A stretch of 38,045 nt of DNA from an uncultured Planctomycetaceae bacterium. Lineage in GTDB: Bacteria; Planctomycetota; Planctomycetia; Planctomycetales; Planctomycetaceae. A model generated the notes under the pieces. That model was not told where the DNA came from, did no database searches, and saw only the letters and a program-made list of their open reading frames with translations. Below, in pieces: positions 20,529-30,300 of the stretch (positions are counted from its first letter, which is position 1; every line of letters begins with the position of its first letter). The DNA is taken from positions 1 to 38,045 of the forward strand of contig CAXBME010000046.1 in assembly GCA_963976765.1 (NCBI GenBank), given 5' to 3'. The translations under genes were made by a program, and so were the position numbers.

Positions 20529-21113
20529 ATGACTGAGGCTCGCGAAAAACCGGATCTGCAGGAGCTGATCGACAATGCCGGTCAGAGCCCGGAAAGCGAG
20601 CGATTGCTGCCGTTGGTTTATGACCAGCTACGTCGCCTGGCAACCGTTCATCTTGCTCGCGAATCTCCAGGGCAAACGCTCCAGCCGACGGCGCTCGTTC
20701 ACGAAGCTTACGTTCGCTTAACCGAGTCCAGCGGTGGCCAGGAGTGGGACCATACGGGCCATTTCTTCGCCGCCGCCGCAGAATCGATGCGCCGGATTCT
20801 GGTCGAGAACGCTCGGCGAAAGCAGACGATCAAACGAGGTGGCAAACTCCAGCGGCTTGATCTCAACATCGACGAACTGGCCGAAACAGGTGAGTATGGC
20901 GATCTGCTGGCGCTCGACGAAGCTCTGACACGTCTGACAGAATTGTCTCCGGTTCCGGCCGAAGTCGTCAAACTTCGATACTTTGCCGGCCTGACGAGCG
21001 AGGAAACGGCGGAAGCACTCGGCATGTCAGACGCGACCGCCCGTCGTCACTGGACGTACGCGCGAGCGTGGCTGCATCGTGAATTGAGCGTACCGGCTGA
21101 TGAGCTGAAGTGA
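20529..21113 (+). CDS. ECF RNA polymerase sigma factor, TIGR02999 / ECF43-like (kinase-activated type)
   Basis: LLPLVYDQLRRLA...TLQPTALVHEAYVRL...HFFAAAAESMRRILVENARRK; region 4 VVKLRYFAGLTSEETAEALG...RHWTYARAWL. ATG 20529 preferred over TTG 20523. Confidence 0.93.
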   Translation: MTEAREKPDLQELIDNAGQSPESERLLPLVYDQLRRLATVHLARESPGQTLQPTALVHEAYVRLTESSGGQEWDHTGHFFAAAAESMRRILVENARRKQTIKRGGKLQRLDLNIDELAETGEYGDLLALDEALTRLTELSPVPAEVVKLRYFAGLTSEETAEALGMSDATARRHWTYARAWLHRELSVPADELK

Positions 21114-21121
21114 CTAAGGGC

Positions 21122-21158
21122 GACGCGATCTCGGAAAATGAGATCGTGTCACATTTTT
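21122..21158 (+). terminator. Hairpin with T tract between ECF and kinase genes
   Basis: GACGCGATCTC-ggaaaat-GAGATCGTGTC (11 bp, one G-U) followed by ACATTTTT. Confidence 0.5.
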
Positions 21159-21160
21159 CA

Positions 21161-21188
21161 TGAGCGGAAACGGTGGTCAAGTACGCAT
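21161..21188 (+). promoter_or_regulatory. Putative ECF promoter TGAGCG-N17-CGCAT upstream of kinase 1
   Basis: TGAGCG gaaacggtggtcaagta CGCAT; matches the motif at 20237-20264. Confidence 0.7.
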
Positions 21189-21264
21189 GAGAAGGCATGC
21201 CCCGGTTCCAGCAAAGAAACTAATGATCGCACCTCTTCCGTTTCCCGCTCCCCGAATGCCAGCC

Positions 21265-23715
21265 ATGAACGAAGAATCTGTCTTCTTAGAGGCGCTCGAA
21301 ATTGAATCTTCTGAAACGCGTGCTCGATTCCTCGATTCCGCTTGTCGAGATTTCCCCGGCTCGCGTGCAAAGATCGAGCAGCTTCTGGAGTCGCATTCGG
21401 TGGTCGGGAATTTTCTGCTGAAACCGCCTGTTGAAATGCTTGAGACCGCACTGAGCCAGCTCACCGATGATCATTCGTCGCGGGGCAAGAAAAATGAGTC
21501 TGACGACAAGGCTGAGCCAACACTGGACTTTCTCGAATCGTCGCAGCGTGAAGGCAGCCTGGGGCGACTCGGAACTTACGAAGTGCTTGAACTGGTCGCT
21601 CATGGCGGAACGGGAATTGTTCTGCGAGCAACAGATACAAAGCTGCACCGCGACGTTGCATTGAAAGTCCTAAAGCCCCACTGTCTGGAATGGCCCAACG
21701 CGCGAGCCAACTTTCTCCGGGAAGCGCGAGCCGCCGCCGCCATCCGCAGTGATCATGTCGTGACCGTTTTCGCGGTCGAAGATGAGCACTCAGTTCCATT
21801 CCTTGCGATGGAGTTTATCGAGGGCGAATCGCTTCAGCAGAAACTCGATCGCGAAGGACCGTTCTCGATTGCCAGTATTATCGATGTGGGAAGTCAGATC
21901 GCTGCGGGGCTGGCCGTCGCTCACAGCCAGGATTTAATCCATCGAGACATCAAGCCGGCCAACATTCTGATCGAGAACGAAACCGGACGAATTCAAATCA
22001 CGGACTTTGGCTTGGCGCGTGCCGTCAAAGAATCGGGTGACACGCTGCTCGGCCTGATGAGCGGCACGCCTCAATACATGTCCCCCGAGCAGGCTGAAGG
22101 CAAACTGATTGATCATCGTTCTGACCTGTTCAGTCTGGGCAGTGTGCTTTACGTACTGACAACTGGATTGCCGCCGTTCCGCTCATCAAACTCGCTGGCC
22201 GTGTTGAGGCGAGTCGTCGAACAACAGCCTCGAGCCTTGAACGAAGCACGCTCGGACCTGCAGCCAGCCTTCGTTGAGTTCGTCGAGCGGCTGCTTGAAA
22301 AGTCACCCGATAAACGCCCTCAATCAGCAGACGAAATTGTCGAACGGTTAAGCAAACTTGCGCAGAACACTGACAATGTTTCATCGGTTGCGACAGGTGA
22401 CAATGGCAACGATCACCGTCGTAGAAAATGGCTGAAGCCGGCGATGTCCTTTATGGTCGCCGCGGTATCACTCGCTGTGATTGTCCTCATCGTGAAGAAT
22501 CGTGACGGACAATCGACGAAGTTCATTATTCCGGAAGGCTCCAGAGTTAATGTCGACGCTCGCGGGGAAGTTGTCGTCAATCTTGCAAACGTTACCGAAC
22601 CCGGAACTCGCGGGGCAAACAGCGACTCTGATGATACGCTCTCAAAGACAACTTCAAAATCGACCACACCCGATACAAAGGCGACCGCTCCAAAACTTCC
22701 TGATTCGGCGCAACCACCAGTCAAAAAAAATGATCCACCGCCGACGGCCACCGTGCCGTTCTCTCCGGTCGACGCCCAAAAATATCAGACTGCCTGGGCA
22801 AGACATCTTGGTATTCCAACCGAATTTTCAACCGAAATTGGGCTGACGTTCTCGTTGATTCCGCCGGGCGAGTTCGACATGGGCAGCACTCAGTCTGAAG
22901 TTGACGCCTTGATGGTCACTCACGCAAGCGATAGCTGGGTAATGACTCACTTAAAAACACATGCAGTCAACGAGACACCTCAGCACCGCGTGAGACTCTC
23001 TCAGCCCTTCTTCGTAAGCCAAACTGAGGTCACGGTTCAACAGTTTCGTCAGTTCGTCGAGGCAACTGATTACAAAACTCAGGCCGAGTCTACCGGAACA
23101 GGAGGAAGCACTTACTCAAAGTCCCTCACACGTAATAACAGCCCGGATTTGAACTGGAAGAACCCCGGCTATAAGCAATCAGATGAATACCCAGTGGTCC
23201 AGGTTACGTGGCAGGATGCTGTCGCCTTTTGTGAGTGGGCCAGTGAAATGTCCGACATGACGGTCACGCTACCAACGGAAGCTCAATGGGAATTCGCCTG
23301 CCGAGCCGGATCAAATCAGCGAACGTTTTTCGGCAAGCCTTCCGCATTGCTGCAGGAATTCATCGTGCGAGCCTCACCGTACGGCGCAAAGCCAGTCGCT
23401 ACGATGCAACCCAATGTGTTCGGCCTCTTCGATATTTACAGCAACGTCTGGGAATGGTGCAGCGACAACTTCGAGCCAAACTATGACGTCCCCTCCTCAG
23501 CGGCTGATACACCACTGCTCGACCCGACAGGCCCAGCGTACGGCAAAGCCCATGTAATTCGTGGCGGCTCATACAGAACCCCGCAACAACTGCTCGGCTC
23601 AGCCTGCCGCCGCCTCCCCTCAACCGTCGACCTGAGTCACGACAACGTCGGCTTCCGAGTCGTCATCACCGGCGAGCTCTCGAAAGTTGCGAATTATCAC
23701 TCACTCGTTGAATGA
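21265..23715 (+). CDS. Membrane Ser/Thr protein kinase with C-terminal FGE-sulfatase (SUMF1 / CLec-fold) domain
   Basis: Kinase motifs VALKVL, HRDIKPAN, TDFG and GTPQYMSPEQ; TM segment FMVAAVSLAVIVLIV; FGE motifs LIPPGEFDMGS, LPTEAQWEFACRAG, NVWEWCSD and RGGS...VGFRVV. Likely start is MNEESVFLEALE (21265); the ORF is open from 21160. Confidence 0.92.
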   Translation: MNEESVFLEALEIESSETRARFLDSACRDFPGSRAKIEQLLESHSVVGNFLLKPPVEMLETALSQLTDDHSSRGKKNESDDKAEPTLDFLESSQREGSLGRLGTYEVLELVAHGGTGIVLRATDTKLHRDVALKVLKPHCLEWPNARANFLREARAAAAIRSDHVVTVFAVEDEHSVPFLAMEFIEGESLQQKLDREGPFSIASIIDVGSQIAAGLAVAHSQDLIHRDIKPANILIENETGRIQITDFGLARAVKESGDTLLGLMSGTPQYMSPEQAEGKLIDHRSDLFSLGSVLYVLTTGLPPFRSSNSLAVLRRVVEQQPRALNEARSDLQPAFVEFVERLLEKSPDKRPQSADEIVERLSKLAQNTDNVSSVATGDNGNDHRRRKWLKPAMSFMVAAVSLAVIVLIVKNRDGQSTKFIIPEGSRVNVDARGEVVVNLANVTEPGTRGANSDSDDTLSKTTSKSTTPDTKATAPKLPDSAQPPVKKNDPPPTATVPFSPVDAQKYQTAWARHLGIPTEFSTEIGLTFSLIPPGEFDMGSTQSEVDALMVTHASDSWVMTHLKTHAVNETPQHRVRLSQPFFVSQTEVTVQQFRQFVEATDYKTQAESTGTGGSTYSKSLTRNNSPDLNWKNPGYKQSDEYPVVQVTWQDAVAFCEWASEMSDMTVTLPTEAQWEFACRAGSNQRTFFGKPSALLQEFIVRASPYGAKPVATMQPNVFGLFDIYSNVWEWCSDNFEPNYDVPSSAADTPLLDPTGPAYGKAHVIRGGSYRTPQQLLGSACRRLPSTVDLSHDNVGFRVVITGELSKVANYHSLVE

Positions 23716-24045
23716 TCTCCTGAGTCACCACTCCATACACCTGCCGCATAGAATGCTCGGCAAAAGATGAAGATGACAAACAACATCTTCAGAGCCCAAG
23801 CCGAGATTGAACTATTCGCAGTCGGCACAAATGCTTACAGATCGCCAAGTTCGATTGGTTGGTTTCGAAAAAATTTCATTGAGCGAACTGCCCTCAGAAT
23901 CGTCAGCACATGACGCCACTGTATCAACTTGACGAGACGCCGAGTGGTCTACAATCCTCTCGTGTAGTCAGATTTCGTGACGTCGGTCGACCTCGCTCTC
24001 GCTACGTTTCGCCTGCAGCTTGCAACATTGAGAAATGTAGGCCAG

Positions 24046-24803
24046 ATGTCAGGTTTCCTCGAAAATCTCCCCGCTAGCATCAAATTTAAGGATCACCACG
24101 ACGTAATCAGGTGGTTTGAAACTGCGACTGCAAAAAAAACATTGGGATGTAGTCGGGGCGGAAAGGAATGTCATCTCGCAAACCGCAAACTTGCGCTGGC
24201 TGCATTGGAGCCGCCAAGGGACTGACGGACTACACAATGCCGAGGTACTGACCGAATCTGAAGCGGTTGGAATTCTCTTGGAGCAAGGGCTTGAACCTCC
24301 GGATTGTCGAGCGATGAGATCGCGGGAGTTCGGCGCCAGCACTACCGAGATTCCATTCGCAGTGTTCTAGGGACTGCAACCGGGAAGTCATATTCGACCC
24401 CGACGGTTATGATATTTACTCTGCTCCTCACCCCGAAGGGGGTGCTTCGAGTTACACGACCGAATTCGATGATTACTCTGATTGGGAAACGCTATACAAG
24501 AACCCCGATGGTCGTTGGGTCATGCTGGAATTGCCGGATTTCGATCACGGCTTGGAGCTGCCTCAGATCTACAGGCTGGACGACAAGTTGGCCGCCCGTT
24601 GGCTCTTCTGGAAGCGATTCGATGGGCCTCTGGAACTGCAATGCTTCACAGAAAACATGACTTTTGATCTCGATGCCGCTGAGCCGTCGTCTCCGGATCA
24701 ATTATCCAGTCCCACTCCGGTTTGGGACAGTGATGCCGGGGTTCTGAGATTTCAAGGTGTCGTCGTTCGGAAACTAAAGTCAGGTGCTTAAAATGTTCGG
24801 ACC
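24046..24803 (+). pseudogene. Decayed hypothetical gene (several frameshifts, internal stop), C-terminal PxWD...L.F.G.VV motif
   Basis: Protein-like fragments in successive frames: MSGFLENLP...WFETATAKK, HWDVVG...EAVGILLEQGLEPP and EVIFDPDG...WETLYKNPDGRWVMLE...PVWDSDAGVLRFQGVVVRKLKSGA*. One shift falls at an A8 run. Confidence 0.45.
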
Positions 24804-24808
24804 ATGTT

Positions 24809-25834
24809 TAGAGCGGTTTCCGGATAAGGGTAGCGTCATTGAGGCAGTTTGAATAAGGCAGGCATCCGCAAGGGGGTGCCTGTGATTTATTCGAAAGAAT
24901 TCCGGCGTGAAGTGCTGGCAGCGTGTGATGCCGGTGGTGGGACTCGCGAAGTGGCGACACGGTTTAATGTGTCTGAGTCGTGGGTCAGGCGGATCAAGCA
25001 GGAACGCCGCGAGCTGGGCAAGACGGCTCCGAAGACGACTCGTGATCGTCGTCCGTCATGGCAGAGTTGGAGCGACTGGTTACGTCAGAGCGTTGCCGAA
25101 CAGCCTGACATTTATCTGCACGAACTCCAGGCGAAGCTGGAGTCTGAGCATGAGACAAGACTGTCTCAGCGGACATTCAGTGAGGCTTGTCGAGCGTTGG
25201 GATTGACTCGAAAAAAAAGACGCTGATTGCTGCGGAACAGGAACGCGAAGACGTGGCCGCAAAGCGTCTGCGATGGAAGCAAAGCCAGCAGGACATCGAT
25301 CCTGATCACGTTGTTTTTATCGACGAAACGTGGGCCAAAACGAACATGACACGGACGTACGGTCGTTCGCAACGGGGCACGCGTGTGGTCGAAGGGGTAC
25401 CGTTTGGCCGTTGGCAGACAACAACGCTTGTCGGTGCGTTACGCTCTACAGGATTCACCGCACCCCTGACCGTGGATGGCCCGATCAACGGTCAGATATT
25501 CCTCGCCTGGGTACGCCAGCACCTGGTATCAACGCTGCAATCAGGAGACGTTGTGGTTCTGGACAACCTATCGAGTCACAAGGTGAAAGGAGTCCGGGAA
25601 GCGATTGAATCAGTTGGAGCAGAAGTCCGCTATCTGCCACCGTACTCGCCCGACTTAAATCCTATCGAACTGGCCTTCTCGAAACTCAAAAAACTGCTCA
25701 GAGATGGAGCCGAACGAACCGTCAACGCCCTCTGGAATCTCTGCGGCAATATCCTTGATCAGTTCTCAAACGAAGAGTGCCGCAACTACTTCAAACACCG
25801 CGGATACCGCTACGCTTAAGTTGCAGCCGCTCTA
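24809..25834 (+). mobile_element. IS630-family insertion sequence (1022 bp plus TA duplication)
   Basis: TA at 24809-10 and 25833-34. Imperfect terminal inverted repeats: TAGAGCGGtttccggaTAAGgGTAGCG versus TAGAGCGGctgcaactTAAGcGTAGCG. Confidence 0.92.
24876..25819 (+). CDS. IS630 transposase, orfA (HTH, to 25226) and orfB (DDE) joined by a programmed -1 frameshift
   Basis: orf[13 protein letters not shown]...[14 protein letters not shown]; slippery A8G at 25211-25219; orf[17 protein letters not shown] and [13 protein letters not shown]. Confidence 0.92.
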
Positions 25835-26355
25835 GGATCGGGGCCGTCAACGAAAAAGCCCACAAGGATCGACTCTACCCGGTCGCTCCCGAGTTCGCGG
25901 AGATGATCGAGGCAGTACCGGAGAAAGAAAGGTCAGGTTGGTTTTTCAACGTAGTGGGAGTCCGAGGAAAACGACCACGAACCGATACTGTATCCAAGAC
26001 GATCACCGCAATTGGAAGGGAAGCGAATGTTGTCGTCGACCCAGACTCCCAGAAGATCAAACATGCCTCAGCGCATGATCTGCGGAGGGCATTCGGATTT
26101 CGCTGGTCTGAAAGAGTGATGCCGGCGCAGCTCAAGGAACTGATGAGGCACGAAAGTATCTCGACAACGATGAAGTACAACGTGGGACGAAATGCCGAGG
26201 CAACCGCTGCGGCACTCTACGCCGCCGTGCCCGACAAGAATCGGCTTGTCCCTGACGAACGGATCAAGCCAGAAGCTCAACGTTCCGACCACCGATACTT
26301 TTCGCGTGATCGACGTCCCGCAGTTGATTCTCCGAGCGAAGGTGGCCACCGTTAG
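25835..26355 (+). pseudogene. C-terminal remnant of a tyrosine recombinase/integrase
   Basis: EKAHKDRLYP...SAHDLRRAFG...LMRHESISTTMKY contains HxLR, the second His and the catalytic Tyr. The N-terminus and first catalytic Arg are absent, and IS630 interrupts the fragment. Confidence 0.85.
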
Positions 26356-26652
26356 CGATCTAACTCCGCGCCCGCTGAGGCAGGACCGCCTGCCCTACAC
26401 GAGTGTGACGTAAGCTGCACGGCACAGGTGTTGCTGGGTAAGGACTTACGTCAGAATGTGACGCTGCATACTACAAGAATGACTGTTGCCATAGTCAGAT
26501 AAGAGCTTCGGATAGAAGCTTGTGCGGGCATCCAACCGTTCAAGTCTCGGATATTGGAGGCATGAGGCAGCCTCATGAAGCTATGCCTTCGTAGCAGGCC
26601 TCATTCTTAGCATCCGCAGCATCGTACCGGATGCCGGGACCAACGGCTTTCA

Positions 26653-26672
26653 GGTGACACTTTTGGTGACAC
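26653..26672. repeat. GGTGACAC-tttt-GGTGACAC direct repeat (integrase arm-type site candidate)
   Basis: 12-bp-period pair; recurs at 26892-26911. Confidence 0.6.
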
Positions 26673-26699
26673 CTCAGCCATTGAGAATCTCAGCAACGT

Positions 26700-26736
26700 A
26701 AAAAGACCGACGCAACTCATTGTTACGTCGGCCTTT
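26700..26736 (-). terminator. Rho-independent terminator downstream of the tRNA fragment
   Basis: Minus strand reads GGCCGACGTAAC-aatga-GTTGCGTCGGTC-TTTTT (12-bp stem with two G-U pairs). Confidence 0.7.
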
Positions 26737-26742
26737 AAGCAG

Positions 26743-26788
26743 CACGCCCGGTAGGATTCGAACCTACGACCGCCGGATTAGAAATCCG
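26743..26788 (-). other. 3' half of tRNA-Arg(UCU): att core of an integrative element, not a complete tRNA
   Basis: Minus strand reads CGGA-TTTCTAA-TCCGG CGGTC GTAGG-TTCGAAT-CCTAC CGGGCGT G (anticodon arm, T arm, 3' acceptor strand). No D arm or 5' acceptor strand lies upstream. Confidence 0.88.
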
Positions 26789-26891
26789 TCGTCGTTGTTC
26801 GGCTGCCGTCCGGCTCCCGTCAGATTGGCTGTGAAACCAACTTCCATCGAGCTGGCTTCCGCCGCAACTAGGGAGTTGTGAACACCGTTTT

Positions 26892-26911
26892 GGTGACACT
26901 TCTGGTGACAC
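26892..26911. repeat. GGTGACAC-ttct-GGTGACAC direct repeat (integrase arm-type site candidate)
   Basis: Same pair and orientation as 26653-26672, on the other side of the tRNA core. Confidence 0.6.
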
Positions 26912-27389
26912 CGAGCTGGGATCTACTGCGGGCACGAAATTTACCGTGTGTCCGGGTGCCACATATTTTGAGATGTCGACTGTTTGGACAACAAGGCTGT
27001 CGCTCTGAGTGACCAATTCCATGTCAAGAGCGTGACTGTCACGCAAGAAGGCACGTAAGTCGTTTGCTGGGAGCAAATCCCAGCTATGTTGTCGGAGCAC
27101 AATCGGAATCGTGATCAGGGCGCGTCAAAGACTGAATCAGGAACTTTGAGGAGTTTTCGACGCGTCGGTCGCGCCCTAACCAGGGGTATGAAGCAAATCG
27201 TGGGCGAGTCATTATGACTGCGCACCTTCAGGGGGATGGTCGAGCCTGCGAATCAAATTGAGAAAGCGGCTGAGGCTTGGTTGGAGTGTCTTTGGAAACT
27301 GGTTCCACATGGGCCGCCACGGGGGATTTGTCCATTCTGTACCCACCGGTGGCGCTGACGGTTCCCGTGTCCGGCGTATCGCCGAAATC

Positions 27390-30300
27390 CTAAAGCGGTG
27401 ACAGGAATACCACATACAGGGCACCGCGATCGGGGCCTCCGGTGTTGTTGTCTTTGGCACCGACCGCGAGGTCGATGATCCCGTCGTTATTGAGGTCGCC
27501 GATGGCGGACACCGACGTGCCAAAGTCGTCACTGCTACTCAGAATGCCGTTGGTGAGCCCTCCGGGATTGCCGTCGCTGATCTTCTGCTGCTGCTTGACC
27601 GTGCCGTCGGGATTCAGCAGCAGGACATAAATCGCACCTTCGTTCGTATCGCCGTTCTCGTCATCCTGGGCTCCAACCACCAGGTCGGGGACACCGTCGC
27701 CGTCGAGATCGCCTACGCCTGTGACCGACGAACCAAAGTCGTCACTGGCACCCAGCGTGCCATCAATCAGTCCGCCAGGATTGCCGTCAGTGATCTTCTG
27801 CTGACTCAGTACCGTGCCGTCGGCATTCATCAGCAACACATACACCGCGCCTTCGCTCGCATCGCCAGCGCTGTCGTTCTCATCTTCGCTTGCTCCAACA
27901 GCCAGGTCGGGTACGCCGTCCCCATTCAGGTCTCCGACACTCGTCACCGAGAAGCCAAAGAAGTCACTGTCCTCCAGTGTGTCGGCGACGAGTCCGCCTA
28001 CTCCGTCGGCGATTTTCTGATGGCTTTTGACCGTCCCGTCAGCGTTCAGCAGCAGCACATACACCGCACCACGACCAGAGCCGCCCGTGTCATTGCCTCT
28101 GGCTCCGACAGCCAGATCGGCGACGCCGTCCCCATCAAAATCACCGATTGACGCGACGGACGTGCCGAACCGGTCGAAGTTCGTCAGCCCCGGGCCGCCG
28201 CCCCTGTTGTTGGCGATCAGCGTGAAGCTTTTGGCCGTGCCGTCCGTGTTCAGGAACAGAATGTAGACCGCACCGCGATCGGAACCGTCGATGTTGTCAC
28301 CACTGGCTCCCACGGCCAGTTCTGTCACTCCATCACCATCCAGGTCGCCCACTGCGGCCACAGCGCTGCCGAAATAGTCCCCACCACCCAGATTTGGACC
28401 GCCGCCTGTGCCATCGCCGATCTTTGTTGAACTGGCCACGGTGCCGTCGGCGTTCATGAACAGTACATGCACGGCTCCCCGGTTGTCGCCGCCCGTGTCA
28501 TCGAGTGACGCCCCGACAGCCAGATCGTCCACGCCGTCACCGTTCAGGTCCCCGATGTTCGCCACCGAACTCCCGAAACGGTCACCATCCGCGAGCGTCG
28601 GCCCGCCGCTGGTGTCGCTGGCGATCTTCAGGAAGTCGTCCACCGTGCCGCTGCCGGGGGCGGTGATCGTGAAGACGTAATCCTCGACTTCGCCTTCCGA
28701 AGCTGTTCCCGCCGTAGCGGCTGCTGTGGAGTCCATACTCAGTTGGAACCGGGCGGATGTCTGCCCAACGCTGCCGCGTGGAATCGTCGGAAACGTCAGC
28801 GTCACGCGACCTGCAGTTTTACCGCTGGAGATCGTCGCTTGAGCTTCTTCGGTCGCGCTGTCGAGTTTTCCGTCCTGGTTAAAATCAATCCAGCCGTGAA
28901 GCCTCGCCGTGCTGCCGATCGTATTCGTCACCGCCAGTGTGATCGCCGGAGTTGCTCCTTCAGTCCCCCGCAGCTCCAGTGGGTTCATGACGCATTGATG
29001 ACCATCGGCCGTCATTCCCAGATAGAGGCGGCCATCAGTCTCCCGCACAAACTCCACGGCCCCAATGTCTGGCAATGATTGTCCATCGTCATTCCCATCG
29101 ACCGGACGCTTCATGCCACGGATGTCGCTCGCTGGTGTCTCGCCCAAAGTAATCGCCGCGTCGATGGCTGGCGATCCTCCCTGAGGCGGCGTAGAGAATA
29201 ACGGACCACCGTAGTCGCCCAGCGGATGCAACAGAGGCTCGACACCCAACAACGTTTCAGGTGGCAGAGCAGTCAGAACGTTCGTGCTGCCAATTATACT
29301 GATGCCACGCAGGGTCAGCCGTTCCAGACTCGCATCGCTGGCCATGAAGTCCATTATATCACCTGTGTTTCGGGCAATGATTGTTGACTCAATGACTGTC
29401 TCCCCGTTCGTGAAGAGCCGCAGGCCACCGCCTGAGTTTTCGACAATTGTGCAATGAATCAGGCTCATTGCTGCTGGGTCCAAACTTACGACGCTGCCTG
29501 TATTCTCACAGGCGTTTCGCGTGATCACACAGTTCACCAGATTTGCATTACCTCTGGTTCGAAGTCCGGCCCCGTCTCGTTCACAGCGGTTGTTTCTGAT
29601 CAAGCATCGTTCCAGGGTTAGTGTGCATTCCTCTGGATCGTCGGGCTGAAAATAAATCCCTCCACCGCCTCGTGTCGTTGACTCGTTTTCGGCGATTTCG
29701 CAATCGCGTAAGGTCGTATTGCCAAAACAGCACAGTCCACCACCGTACCATCTTGAAGTATTCTTGAGGATGCGACAGTTCTCCAGGACAACGACTCCCG
29801 AAGACGTGTTGCTGACTCCGGCGCCACTCGTCGCTCTGTTGTTGCTGATGACGCAGTCCCGCAGGCTCAGCACTCCGTGGTTGTGAATGCCTCCACCACC
29901 TGCCCCTCCAAAAATCTCCACGGGGATTTTGTTGTCAGTGATGGCGCACCGGATAATTTCCACGGTGACGTCCGGGCCGCAATCAATGCCGGCTCCGCCG
30001 CCTCTGGAGTAACCACCTGTGATAATCAGGCTGTCCAGTGTCACTTCAGCCCGATCACTGATCTCCACAACTCGACAGCGGCCTTGAGCATCAAGTGTCA
30101 ATCGCTCTTCAAGACCACTGCCATCAATCTTCAGCTTCTTGCCATGCAATTTGATTGTTCGGCCCCTCAGCTCAATCGTGCTTCCGGACAAGGCTGGATC
30201 AAACTGAATGATGTCGCCGTTGTCTGCCTCGGCGATTGCGGCACGCAGCGAGCCCGGTTCATCCAGATCGGCAAGAGTGTTTGTCACGGTAATGATTCGC

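Noticed and set aside
23550..23670. FGE/CLec C-terminus (RGGS...VGFRVV) as a diversity-generating retroelement variable region
   Set aside because: No reverse transcriptase and no template repeat were seen in the window. A remote template cannot be excluded without a genome search.
25777..25834. Track start of the 192-aa integrase ORF
   Set aside because: The first ~19 codons lie inside the IS630 right end and are not integrase sequence.
26743..26820. Complete tRNA-Arg gene
   Set aside because: The D arm and 5' acceptor strand are missing; treated as an att core.
27230..27392. Programmed TAG readthrough of kinase 2
   Set aside because: Downstream homology decays within about 28 codons and no recoding signal or machinery is visible; a relic of duplication is simpler.
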